From Dicyema japonicum (taxonomy: Eukaryota; Animalia; Dicyemida), in the NCBI GenBank assembly GCA_011109175.1, contig RDEW01000001.1, positions 806,592-870,591 on the forward strand: 64,000 bases of DNA. The letters are read 5' to 3'. Positions within the stretch are counted from its first letter, which is position 1. Every line of letters begins with the position of its first letter. The notes under the pieces were generated by a model. It was not told the DNA's origin. It worked only from the letters and a program-made list of their open reading frames with translations, and did not search any database. A program made the translations under genes and the position numbers. Positions 53,101 to 64,000 of this stretch are shown here, one piece after another.

Positions 53101-53421
53101 CCAAAGATAGATTCGGTCATCTATCCATCTGTTACTGAAATCTCGCTTCAAGGTTATCCGAACTTCGACTTAAAAGTTAAAAGTGACAGCAACCTTCATA
53201 ACAACATCCAAGCATGAGCTAATGAATAAATTTTTATTTTGCGGAAGATGTGAATATCGCTTCTGTTATCAATGAGTTCACCTTTTGGGTGAATTTAGAA
53301 AGAGTCCTTTTGGGCATAAAAGATCTAAAGGATGAGTTCAGAAGTTGTTTTTATATGGAAATTCAAAACTCGAAAAAAGGTTAATGGTTACTCTACAATT
53401 GGATAGGAGCAGCGCATCCAT
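50200..53421 (-). pseudogene. Roco-family LRR-Roc-COR gene (MFHAS1/MASL1-like, no kinase seen), disrupted
   Basis: LRRs (LRILDLSKNPKLS|EILPEVGYL..; LEEFDLNFNKLKVLPHKIGSLKNLRRLLLRGN). Roc P-loop VRK|VLVIGPPKSGKTSLV after removing 21-nt intron 51902-51922; ALILFVFNI...LSLVG. COR-like GRFLLFRSPVVVKKSRFLIQVVSQLF and FTERGLI. 22-nt intron at 52984-53005. Many stops and frameshifts. Confidence 0.85.
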
Positions 53422-54044
53422 AAAAATTCATTAAAATATGTATACAAAGCCAATTAAAAAAGCAGCGATTTACGCAGACATCAACGAACGACTCATTAAT
53501 TTTGCTGTTTTTTATATTAATGATAATTAAATGGAGTCAAAAGCACTGAGAAGTGGAGAGGTCATTTTTAACTCTTTGCAAAAATTAACAAAAATATAAA
53601 TTCTTTTACGCAAATACTACTATCTAATTTTATGTTTAACAGATAAANAATTCATTAAAATATGTATACAAAGCCAATTAAAAAAGCAGCGATTTACGCA
53701 GACATCAACGAACGACTCATTAATTTTGCTGTTTTGTATATTAATGAAAATTAAATGGAGTCAAAGGCACTGAGAAGTGGAGAGGTCATTTTTAACTCTT
53801 TGCAAAAAATAACAAAAAATATAAATTTTTTACGCTAATACTACTATCTAATTTTATGTTTAATAAATAAAAATAGGATCAATTTTTTCATTTTTCGGTC
53901 AGCTTTTTTTACTCAGTAGATCAATAGGTCATTCTTAACGAAATTTAATTGACCTTAAGGTCTTTTTAAGGGCAATTTTCAGATTGCCTTAGTATGTGAT
54001 AAAGTTAATAGGATGATGAATGAAAATAATCCACTTTACGAGAA

Positions 54045-54225
54045 GCTATATTAGCAATAGGCTCCCAGACAGGGCAAACACTTTATTTTAAGAAAATAAC
54101 AGTTATCATAACTAATCAATGAAGAAAAACTAAAGAATGCTCTTCACTTTTTTGTTGAGTGTGAGTCCTTTTGTAGACGAACCAGTTTTTTAGTGTGATG
54201 TTTATTGATGACTGCGTCACTCGTT
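54045..54225 (-). mobile_element. SINE family A, 5'-truncated
   Basis: Body blocks aacagttat, aagaatgctcttcactt, gtgagtcctt, gcgtcactcgt. Confidence 0.6.
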
Positions 54226-54309
54226 AGTTAAAATAGGTTAGAATAGTCAGGTCATTAAATTGTTCTGAATCCATTGTAGGTGTAAGAGAGGTATGTCACC
54301 ACCTCAGTC

Positions 54310-55225
54310 AAAATATTATTATTATCACTCATCGCTATGTCATGGGACTTGACAAAGCATGTGCAACAAGACTCAACAAGTCACTAGAAAATTTCATCCT
54401 CTTCCTCCTATTCAAAACCGCAGTGCATAACCAGTCAAGATCCTCTCCACTTCCAAGATGCCGTCCCATTTCTTTGAGGTCCTCGTCGAGAACGACTGGT
54501 ATTTTCGTCCTTGGGCGACCACGGAAACGGGGGGCTTCCAACAAGAAGTAATCTTACATGGCTACGTTCGCGGGGGCATCTACGTCCAGTCGCAGAATAT
54601 GGCCGAAAAGCCTCCATCGTGTATCCAAAATTTCATTTAAAACTTCAGATTTCCTCGTACTTTTATAAAGAAGATTAGATGAGATCCTCGTATCACTTCT
54701 TTTTGACTATCAAATTCCGTAGTTGGTCTCTATGAAACGCATTAAGCCTCTTCAGTTCATTTCTTAAGCAGGCCCAGGTACCAGTGTTGTACAGTAGTAA
54801 GGGTTTCATTAGCGAGTTGTATAATCAAGTTTTTGTTATAATGTCAAGGCCCTTTTTGTGGAGCCTGGTGTTCTTCAGTCTGGGAGGGCAGTTTGTGCTA
54901 AGGTTTTACTTCTTGTAATGTCTTCATGGTATCCTAGAAGGAGCCAAGTTTTTTGCACTTGCGGCAGTGCTCCTCCGTCCTTGTTTCTTCCCTCTTGAGT
55001 TCAGTTACCTCATTCTTGTTCGGATTTACTGTTAGGAACCATTCGGCTTGTCTTCCAGGCACTTCTTCCAACAAACAAGTGAGCGATATTTTGTCATTTG
55101 AAATAAAGTCCACTTCGTCAGCATATGCAATAATGTTTGTCTTTTTACCCATTATCGGTTTCGATTCCCGTAGAAGGTATATGACAAAAAAATAGGTGAT
55201 AACGGGTCTCCCTGTGGTGCAATAC
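54310..55225 (-). mobile_element. RTE-like LINE 3' half, degenerate
   Basis: AYADEVDFIS, EWFLTVN, WRLFGHILRL, RGRPRTKIPVVLDEDLK. Confidence 0.85.
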
Positions 55226-55934
55226 CTTGCCCAAACCTCGGGACCTTTTTGGACGACGATTCTTTGAGAATTGGAATCAGACAAAAACTGGGACTAGACG
55301 TTTGCCAGGAGCACCGATGCCGATGCGGGAAAACAGTCGATGCGAAAGGATTGCACCCGCTGTCCTGCAGAAGAAGCGCCGGAAGGGGACCACGTCATGC
55401 CGCTCTGAATGATGTGATCGTCAGAGCTCTGAAGGCTTCAGGCTTCCCAGCACAGCTTGAACCAGTGGGTCTTGATCGAGGAGATGGGAAGAGACCTGAC
55501 GGGATGACCCTTTTCCCCTTCACGTCTGGAAGATCTTTGATCTGGGACGCAACTTGCATAGACAAGTTCTCAAGCACGAACATTTTTAAATCTGTTCAGA
55601 GACCTGGAGCAGCTGCTTCGATCGCGGAAAACCTAAAAATCAAGAAATATTCTTGCCTCGGGGATCGCTACCGATTTACTCCTGTTGCGACTGAATCATC
55701 GGGAACCGTTGGTCCAATGACGGCTGAATTCTTGCAAGATCTCGGAGGGAGGATTGCTTGCCAGAAAGAAAAGGGATCAACGAGAAGGGTTATGGCTAAG
55801 ACAAAATATCGGAATAGCCATACTCCGAGGGAACTCGTTCGCAATCCACGCAGCAGGCTTCCTCAACTGACATTTGTTTAATTGTTAAAAAAAATTTTGT
55901 TAATAAAAAAATAAAAAATAAATAAATAAATAAA
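55226..55934 (+). mobile_element. CRE-clade non-LTR retrotransposon 3' end: CCHC zinc finger + restriction-like endonuclease, A-rich tail
   Basis: CRCG..DAKGLHPLSC...RHAALNDVI...EP...KRPDGMT..P...G..LIWDATC.D...E..K..KY...YRFTPVATESSG; tail (TAAA)n. Confidence 0.9.
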
Positions 55935-56129
55935 CACGTTTATCTTGTATGACAGAATTGATACTAGATAAAATGGTATTATAAAAGAATGTCCAGAGGG
56001 ATTTTACAAAGACTGGGAATTATACAGTGGATTATCTCTAACAACAGTGAAATGTACAAAAATACATTTTGTTGACCTTCACAGAATCAATAAACAAATT
56101 TTTACATTACTTTAACATTTAAAACAAAA

Positions 56130-56360
56130 AAATGCTGTGATCGGAGGCGAACAGATGGATGCAGACGACCTGGACTTAATCAGGAAACCAGCACGACAAC
56201 GAAAGGGATGAACAAAAAAATGCTGTGATCGGAGGCGAACGGATGGATGCAGACGACCTGGACTTAATCAGGAAACCAGCACGACAACGAAAGGGATGGA
56301 GAAGGCTAACGGAAAGGATAGTCGAAAAAATGTCAGAGTTACACGGTCTACAATAGACTA
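56130..56360 (+). mobile_element. RTE-like LINE extreme 3' fragment, tandemly duplicated
   Basis: DDLDLIRKPARQRKGW matches the C-terminus of the other RTE copies. Confidence 0.55.
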
Positions 56361-56759
56361 AACTGAAGTAAATTAGTGGGATCTTAAAATCACGAGGGCT
56401 TTAACTAAATCAGATTCTTTCTCAGTAAATCATCAATGTCATAGTGAGAGATTTATTTAGCTTTCAACTCGCTTATTGTTCCAATCACAAACAAGAGATT
56501 ATGTGAGTATCACTCAATCCGAATATGTTGATTTTTTTCAAGAACATGCTTAGGTTGATAACTTTACTTATAGAGATCTGAAAAATCAGAAACAAGCGAT
56601 ATGTGACGATTCTAATGAGGTCTATCTACTTAGCATCCAAGAAATTATTATTGATAAATTGTGACCCCAATCTAACTGTTCAATGCTTAATAGGTGTTCT
56701 TATCCAGAGATAGATACGGCTTCTATACAAGTAACTATCAGTTGAAAAGTAAATTTTAA

Positions 56760-57430
56760 TTTGGAATCCCCCCAAAGTAAATTTGAAAAGATGGGCAGCA
56801 TATTCCTTAAGGAATCTCATTGAAATTACAAATATTTCAAAAAAGCGTTCGATTCAGTCCCCAGGAACTCCTCACATAGAAAATATTTGAAACGATCATT
56901 CACCCGAACTTAAAGCTTTGGCCTGGGAACTTTATAAATAGAAGACCTACACAAGAACTCTGCAGCAACAACATCAAATCAACATCTANAATTACAAATA
57001 TTTCAAAAAAGCGTTCGATTCAGTCCCCAGGAACTCCTCACAAAGAAAATATTTGAAACGATCATTCACCCGAACTTAAAGCTTTGGCCTGGGAACTTTA
57101 TAAATAGAAGACCTACACAAGAACTCTGCAGCAACAACATCAAATCAACATCTAGCTATTTTCCAAATGTAGTCCCTAAGGCTCCTCATTGTCACACAAC
57201 TCTTCGACCTCTACATATACAAAATACCTTAAGAGAACTGGCTAGTCCTCTCCTACGCTGACGACATTATTCTTCCTCCAAGGCAGAAACATTCAATCAG
57301 CTACTCAGTCCGCCGATTCTTGGAATAACCTTTGATCAGAGACTCTCTTTTATCAAACATGTTGAGAACAAAGTAAATTCTGCCCTGAAAAAAATGATAA
57401 TCCTAAAAGTGCTCTCAAAAAAATTTTGGC
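56760..57430 (+). mobile_element. Jockey/I-like RT remnant
   Basis: FKKAFDSVP; LFDLYI; SYADDII; LGITFDQRLSFIKHV. Confidence 0.75.
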
Positions 57431-57439
57431 AAAATTGGA

Positions 57440-57640
57440 AGCCTTGCCACTCTCCTTCCAACCTTGTAATGAGATCAACTAACCCAGGCTCTGCTTCGCA
57501 AAAGGCTGAAACCCTAAAGCTGAAGAAATACTATATCTTGGTGGATAGTTCATTTTTGACCAGTAGCCGTGGAAACGTGTAGGCTGGACTATTTTTCTCA
57601 ATCACACATATAACGACGGAACGATCAGATCAGCTCAATA
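57440..57640 (+). mobile_element. Old CRE RLE fragment
   Basis: PGSASQKAETLKLKKY...F*PVAVET. Confidence 0.55.
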
Positions 57641-58866
57641 TGTAAAAAGTTTGTACTTATCAGAGTCCATTATGTTTGTCGAGTACTAGGGTTTAGCACT
57701 AAACGATTTTTTCTACAAGTGAAAAGGTAGAAATGATCTTTTTGAGTCAAAACAAAGTGAGGGATGACAAGGGACCGCCTGAGATGAAATGCATGAATAA
57801 TAATTATGTTTATAAAATCTACTAATATTTTTGGATATAAAAATGTCTTCCTTAGTGAAGTTAATCAAAAATTTTTTTTTACTTTTTGATAACTGAGATT
57901 ACTTTATGTATCCGAATGAGTGTCTTCAGAATCATGACATGCCAATCATAGTAATTGCAATCTAACTGTAAATTTATTTATGAAGAGAGTATCTCTGTTG
58001 TAAGTCTCTTCAAGTTACTATACGTTCAGTGGGTGCAGCTAATCTAAGTCATCTCCGATTGTCTAACTTTTCAAATTTACGAGTTCATTATCAGGACAAC
58101 CTTGAGAACGATTCGAAAAGGTCAGTGGTAAAGTTTTCCTTCATATCCAATTTTGGTAAACCCTGGATTATTGAATATAAATGATTTAGTTCCCACGGTT
58201 GCAGAAGCAGAACCGAGAATATCATAAAAAAGTCCTTCCAGATCCAATGGAAAGGAAAGAAAAAATTTAGTCTTTGAAGTTGTAGAAATCCATCCAGTTG
58301 AGTTGGGGAGAGCAAATAGTCCCTTTCCGTGTCACCCTAGAAAACGTCACCTATAAGGGTTTCAATCGAACCGTGAGTTCTGTATCTACGAAAAACTCTT
58401 CCGTCAATATACTAGATGGGGTATCCATTCCAATTATGTCTTTGAACTTCCATCTCAAAGCATGATCTCGAGACTTTCTAGTCATTTTCTGTCGCCAATT
58501 CAGTCAACGCGATGTCCTGAGTCCCTTTAATTAAATGAGTTTATCCCGGCTACTTTATCTTTTGACATCACCCACGTGTCGAATTTTACAATAAAACTGT
58601 ATAATAAAAGTATTATATACCTTCAGTCAAAATGATACACTTAAACCTAGAGTAGTAGTGGGGCATGCAGCGACGTGAACATGCCTATAAAGGCAATAGG
58701 GGTTGGCCCCAAGAAGAGAAGATAGAGTTAGACAGGCGTTATAAAAAAATTACTTATACTTTAGTTTGATTAATAAAACTATAATTATACGTTTATTTTA
58801 TTTTATTAATTAATTTATTTTATTTAATATCGTGAATTATTAAATAAATAATAAATAAATTAAAAA

Positions 58867-59632
58867 ATGACCCAAATAATGCTAATCCAATGTGCATATA
58901 AATTTATTAATTTTAGTGATAATTGTTATATCAAACACTCAAACAAAGAAAAAACCCGCTAATGAATTTGTTTCTGTTGTTTTTAGTGGACAAATAATAG
59001 CCAAGTCTACTGATCTTCTTAATGAAGTATATTAACTGATTTTACTTCCTAGTCGACCTCGTTAGTGTTTAATGTGAACGCAAACGAGACTCTTATAAAT
59101 AACGGAGATATGACCATTTCGTTTCAAAACGGAAAAAATAAATTCGCTTTAAAATTCAAACTAATACAAAATGTGATCTTAATTTTTCACGCCGCATTAA
59201 CTATCGGTAAACTTTTCGAGGGTAACTTTAAGGGAAAAGTCGTTATTATGAGCCAATTATTATTAAATTAAATGTGAACGATCACTATTCATGTTCCAAA
59301 TTTGTTGTACCATTTTCTAAGAAAACTGTAGTCGAAATGACGAATATGAAAGTTCAGGTACTCCTTAATGAGACGTTTGGTGGTTTTGGAGGCAAAGGTT
59401 AACTTTCATGATATTATCAGTTAGTAGATGTCCCCGTGATATTGGAAGTCATTCTAAGAATGATTTTTCTAGGACCGATCAGTCAATTGTCAGATCAAGA
59501 TATAACTCGGGGGAAAAGTTTTCCATTATATTTGGAAGTATCAGCATTGTAATTGTTGTTATTGGTGCCATTTACCACATTAAGAGAAGATTTTATGGAA
59601 GACATCAGATGCTGTCCACCATTAACTACTAA
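58867..59632 (+). CDS. Single-domain LAMP-like type I membrane protein, apparently intact, 221 aa
   Basis: Exons 58867-58891, 58917-59026, 59053-59206, 59233-59397, 59421-59632 (666 nt, no internal stops) with GT-AG introns of 25, 26, 26 and 23 nt. Hydrophobic N-terminus; DHYSC...MKVQVLLNETFGGFGGKVSRCPRD (LAMP SYxC...VQxF...FG...C..D pattern); TM IIFGSISIVIVVIGAIY; basic tail. Confidence 0.75.
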
Positions 59633-62149
59633 TTTACTGATGACAGGACTTTCTTACCAAATTAAGCTAAATAAATCACAATATTATTTACCTAGTAAAT
59701 ACAAGAAAATATATATCAGTAAGCACTACTGCCTAGGGACCTCTATGCAAGGTCGACATTCAAAAAGGATCGCTGTTTTTCTATTTCAGTACAAGAGTTC
59801 CAATAATGGGGGATACTTATTCTCTAGTCTGACAGGTAGAATTGAATAAAACCTATTATGAGCAATTCGGAGTTATTAAAAAGAATTATAAAAAACCTAG
59901 AAAGATCAGTCTACCTAGTAATTGTTCAGTAGTGCTGGCGAGGGTTAAATCATAATAGTTCTTTCGTAAGCGGGTTGTGTGCTTCAACTAGTATGCGTTC
60001 ACTTGCAAGAGACACACACTATATTAAAAAAGAATAGAAATAGAGGTACTTAAGGAACTCAACTTTACGATCAATGAACATTTTATTATATCATGAAAAT
60101 AATAATGGATAATTTTAAAATAAAAATTTTAAATATTTATTTTAATAAAATATATATTTAACTCGCCATTTATGGTGTGACGTCGTCATCTCTGCTGAGA
60201 ATCAAGTCTATGTATGACAGGAGCAGATTGACTTTGTAGAACGGTTTCCTATGAGATTTGACTCTTCAGTTGGTGATGTATCAGAAATCTTTTGTGAATA
60301 AAGAAACACTGCTTCTACCGCGAAGATTCTTATGACATTCAAATCCAGTTTATGGAAGTTTGTTTGACAAAATCGTCTCATGCTCTTAGGACTTTATCTG
60401 TTTGTCCATTTGTAGTCAAATTAGTCCGGTTATGGTGTTTAACGACTTAAAGTACTCTGACAATCTACAAAGACTTTGGGGGATTAATTTGGATGCTAAA
60501 TTTGGATTTTCCGCATTTCCATGACATTTCGCTTTACGGACATTATTTTCTAGGGAGAAGGATTGCGCAGTCAAGCTGTCGTCTTGTGATTGTTCTGTCC
60601 CACTGAGATTGTGTACTGGGCACTTGGACGACTAAACCGTCTCTTTATTTGTAATACCTAGTGTTTGGTACTCGATCTTAACGGATACTATGCTACCATG
60701 GGTTCTCATGATAGAATCACACGTATCTTTGATATTTATGACGGCCTTTGTCCTCTTGTTTTCTGGGAATAAGAAAACTTTTTCTATGGGTTTTCTTGAA
60801 TGTTGGAGGAGGATTCAACGGATGCAAAATTGTCTAGAGTTCAGCCACCGGGGAGTTGGCTGTTTTGTTGTTATGTGATGACGAAAATGTCACCATCATA
60901 ACTTTTTTCACGAGAAGGGGGAAATGGAAATTTTTGGTTTTGGTGTCTCTGGGGCTGGATTTTGGTGATGTCTTCAATAGTGAATCTGATGAATGAATGT
61001 TTATTTTTTGTATGAAACTTATTTCAAAAATCTTTAACTTTTAACTAATCAAAGTAGATATTGAAATCTTTTTAAAATGTGAATGAATGTTTATTTTTTG
61101 TATGAAACTTATTTCAAAAATCTTTAACTTTTAACTAATCAAAGTAGATATTGAAATCTTTTTAAAATGTATGGGAAATATAAGCGGAGCATGTCAACTT
61201 ATTTCAATGTAAAACCCAGAGTTTTCTTACGTCATATGAAAGACATTTCTTGCTACTCATTGTTTACAGGAGTCGGCCTGAATCGTTGGCCGATGTTGCC
61301 TGAGTTTCTAAGAAAACAAAAAAAACTCACTTGGGAAAAAGCTACAAGTGAAACTAGTGATATTTGTCATTAATTCTCAAATGTTCTCTTAATTAGAGAC
61401 AGTGGGCGGTTGGTTAATTGGGCGAAAGTCTAAGATGATATATCGGTCAAAATGGATCCCAAGAAGAATACAAACGATCAATTACAGATTCATCCAACAT
61501 TTAGCTTTTATAAACGTTGAAACATAGCAAAAATATTATTGATCATTAGAAACTCAATTCTTCCAGGCGAACACAAACTCCGATTCTCGAAGTTTCGTGA
61601 TCAAATAGTGTCCTAGGTGAGGTGCATGTGATTACTCGATATTACTTTTGGTGTCGTGTCACAATTTATTAAGTAGAAATAACTCAAAAATGTTGCAAGT
61701 TATATTCCTGGGAGAAATAACTTTAATGTCAAAATAATGAGTAGGCAATTTTAGCTGCCAAGAAAATTTCTTCAAAAATAAGTAATCAAATGATGCAATT
61801 GATAGCCTGCCCATTAATAGCGTAGCCATATTAATTTATTCAAAATACCATGGGTAAAAAAAACTAACTAATCCAGACGCGTTACAGTATAATTCTCATC
61901 TAAGCACAATAAACCAGAGGATATTGTCTGAAAAGTAAGGTCAATGACAGAACTCACCGTCAAAGAGTGAAATCGTCTCCCGTTGAAATGAAGAAATGGA
62001 TCCTTTTGACCTACCAGGCATTAGGCGTCTCTTGAGTAAAATGGATATGATGACGCCATCTGAAAGGAAGAAAAATTTTAAATCAAGAAAATCAAGTTAA
62101 GTTAATTGTTAAATGTACTCCCGCGAAACCCATAAAAATATGGATACTT

Positions 62150-62400
62150 AGAATCTCGCTTATGCTGTGATCTTCACTAACCGTTATACCAGTTTTTTTC
62201 GATATAATTATCCTCCTCACAAGTCTCGCTATTCTTTAGGATAAAGGCTGTAGTACTTTTGGCCGCACTAGACGTCTCGATTGTCACCGGTACAAAACGG
62301 TAGCGGTTTCCAATTTTTCCATATTTTTTAATATTGATTTTTCTCGGCCAAATCAGCTGCTGATTAATCGATTTAATTAAAACGGAGTCCATTAGAAAAA
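62150..62400 (-). mobile_element. Old CRE RLE fragment
   Basis: IKKYGKIGNRYRFVPVTIETSSA. Confidence 0.6.
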
Positions 62401-62574
62401 CTATCATCTACCACTTGAGTTGCTGTTTGGTATGACACTGATATTTTGATCAACCATACTCTCAAAGCAAAAAAAGCAGAGCCAGTCAAATATGGGTATT
62501 AGTTTTGAGATTACATAATGCATTCAATACGAAAGGCTTGCTACTCAAGAAAATAGTCAAAATATTGTCAATTA

Positions 62575-62800
62575 GTGAATTTTCTTAAATTTATTAAAAG
62601 TCAACAAGATTTTAGTTATCGAAAATTTTTCTATAATCGAGACAAAATTTTTGGACAAAATACCAGGTGGCGTTGTAGAAATTGTGTCTTGAAATGTCCA
62701 ACATTTCTTTTGATCTCATCAACTGGGAAAAATCTCAGTCATTCAATCGATACAGAGAATTTTAAGAATATTGAAATCAATGAAGGACATAAATGAAAGA
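62575..62800 (+). mobile_element. FLYWCH-type zinc finger, probable Mutator/MULE transposase remnant
   Basis: FSYRKFFYNRDK...TRWRCRNCVLKCPTFL; downstream sequence decayed. Confidence 0.55.
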
Positions 62801-63409
62801 GCACAAGGATTAAAAGATAACTCTAGATAAAAAATATCAAAAAATTACAAACAACGTTACAAATGAAGAGCTTTATCAATATAAATATATACGCAGCAAA
62901 ATAAACAAAACAAAAAAAATCATCATTAAAACATTTTGTTCCTAAAAACCAATATGATTTTCATGATAGATAAAAAATATCAAAAAATTACAAACAACGT
63001 TACAAATGAAGAGCTTTATCAATATAAATATATACGCAGCAAAATAACCAAAACAAAAAAAATCATCATTAAAACATTTTGTTCCTAAAAACCAATATGA
63101 TTTTCATGATATCTTAAAAAGATTTTCAAAATGAAGATTTTTTTATTTATGATTCCAAAAAAAAGATTTTCGTATTTATGATTTCCAGAGTTTTTTCTTC
63201 CAGGCAAAACGAGCTAAAATCAAAATCTGATTTTTTTATATCAGATTGATATAAAAAATTAAACACAACCAAAATTTCAATACTAAAATTCAATGAAATT
63301 GATGAAACAATGATCTCAATGATTAATTTAATAAACTCAAGTCGAGCAATTTTATAAAGTTCTATAATAATCGCAAAGACTCTTTAATTCTGAAAATTGA
63401 ACAGTCATT

Positions 63410-64000
63410 TTATAAATTCGTGGGTGGATTGAAAAGTTTAAAGTTGGGAATGGTCTCAAAAAAATATCACAGAGACATGGGATCAGTAAATTATTATGAA
63501 AAATCTATTACAGAATTACACAATCTGCTTAAAATTTTGAACAATAGATTAGATAATGTTTATAATGCGGATGAAATTACAGTTTCATTTAACAATTTAT
63601 TCTAAAACATTATGCACTGAATCAATGCATGGAATAGAGTTGTCAAATGATAGATCTTCATAATTATTACGTGCAAATTGTTCCGGTGCGGATAAAAGAA
63701 GGCCTGTAATGATAGATAGATAAAAATCTTAGGTGGTTCAAAAATTTTAACATTGGAAGTTATGTGACCTTGACATTTTCTAAGATAGCATTGATGAACA
63801 GTAAAATTTTTAACAAATTATTGATTGATTTTGAGTGTGAATTTGCCAATAAAAAAGAACAATCACACATGTAATTGACCAATGTCAGTCTCATAAAATT
63901 GATTAACTCTACTAATAAAATTCGTTTTCGGCGTGTTCAGTGGATAAAATTGACACTGCGCCTAATAACTGTGATTATAATTATGAAGAAAATGCTGACT
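63410..64000 (+). mobile_element. pogo/Tigger (CENP-B-like, DDE_1) transposase remnant
   Basis: GWIEKFK; NVYNADE; LLRANCSGADKRRPVMI; ALMNSKIFNKLLIDFE. Confidence 0.75.

Noticed and set aside
61170-61700. Merlin/ISXO2-like transposase remnant (KHSKNIID...ANTNS)
   Set aside because: Similarity is too weak and fragmented to support without a search.

Overview
AT-rich eukaryotic scaffold, most likely from a highly derived animal, since it carries Roco/MFHAS1-like, PCGF-like, type-3 CXXC, LAMP-like and MSH4 sequences. All genes I could reconstruct use GT-AG micro-introns of 21-27 nt, which the supplied ORF track misses. Such introns are known from dicyemids and myxozoans, but I cannot assign the taxon. 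Only two genes appear intact: a stand-alone CXXC zinc-finger gene (49537-50188) and a single-domain LAMP-like membrane protein gene (58867-59632). The rest is (i) intron-retaining, lesion-ridden copies of conserved genes (MSH4, a PCGF/BMI1-like RING-RAWUL gene, an LRR-Roc-COR Roco gene, four copies of a two-domain LAMP-like gene), (ii) decayed mobile DNA (RTE and Jockey/I-like LINEs, CRE-clade RLE retroelements, tRNA-derived SINEs, hAT/Buster, FLYWCH-MULE and pogo/Tigger remnants), and (iii) a large duplication (16897-29858 vs 36505-41757) plus many 60-250 bp tandem duplications that are partly assembly artefacts. No rRNA, true tRNA or CRISPR was seen. Protein identities come from manual translation and recalled family motifs, not from database searches.
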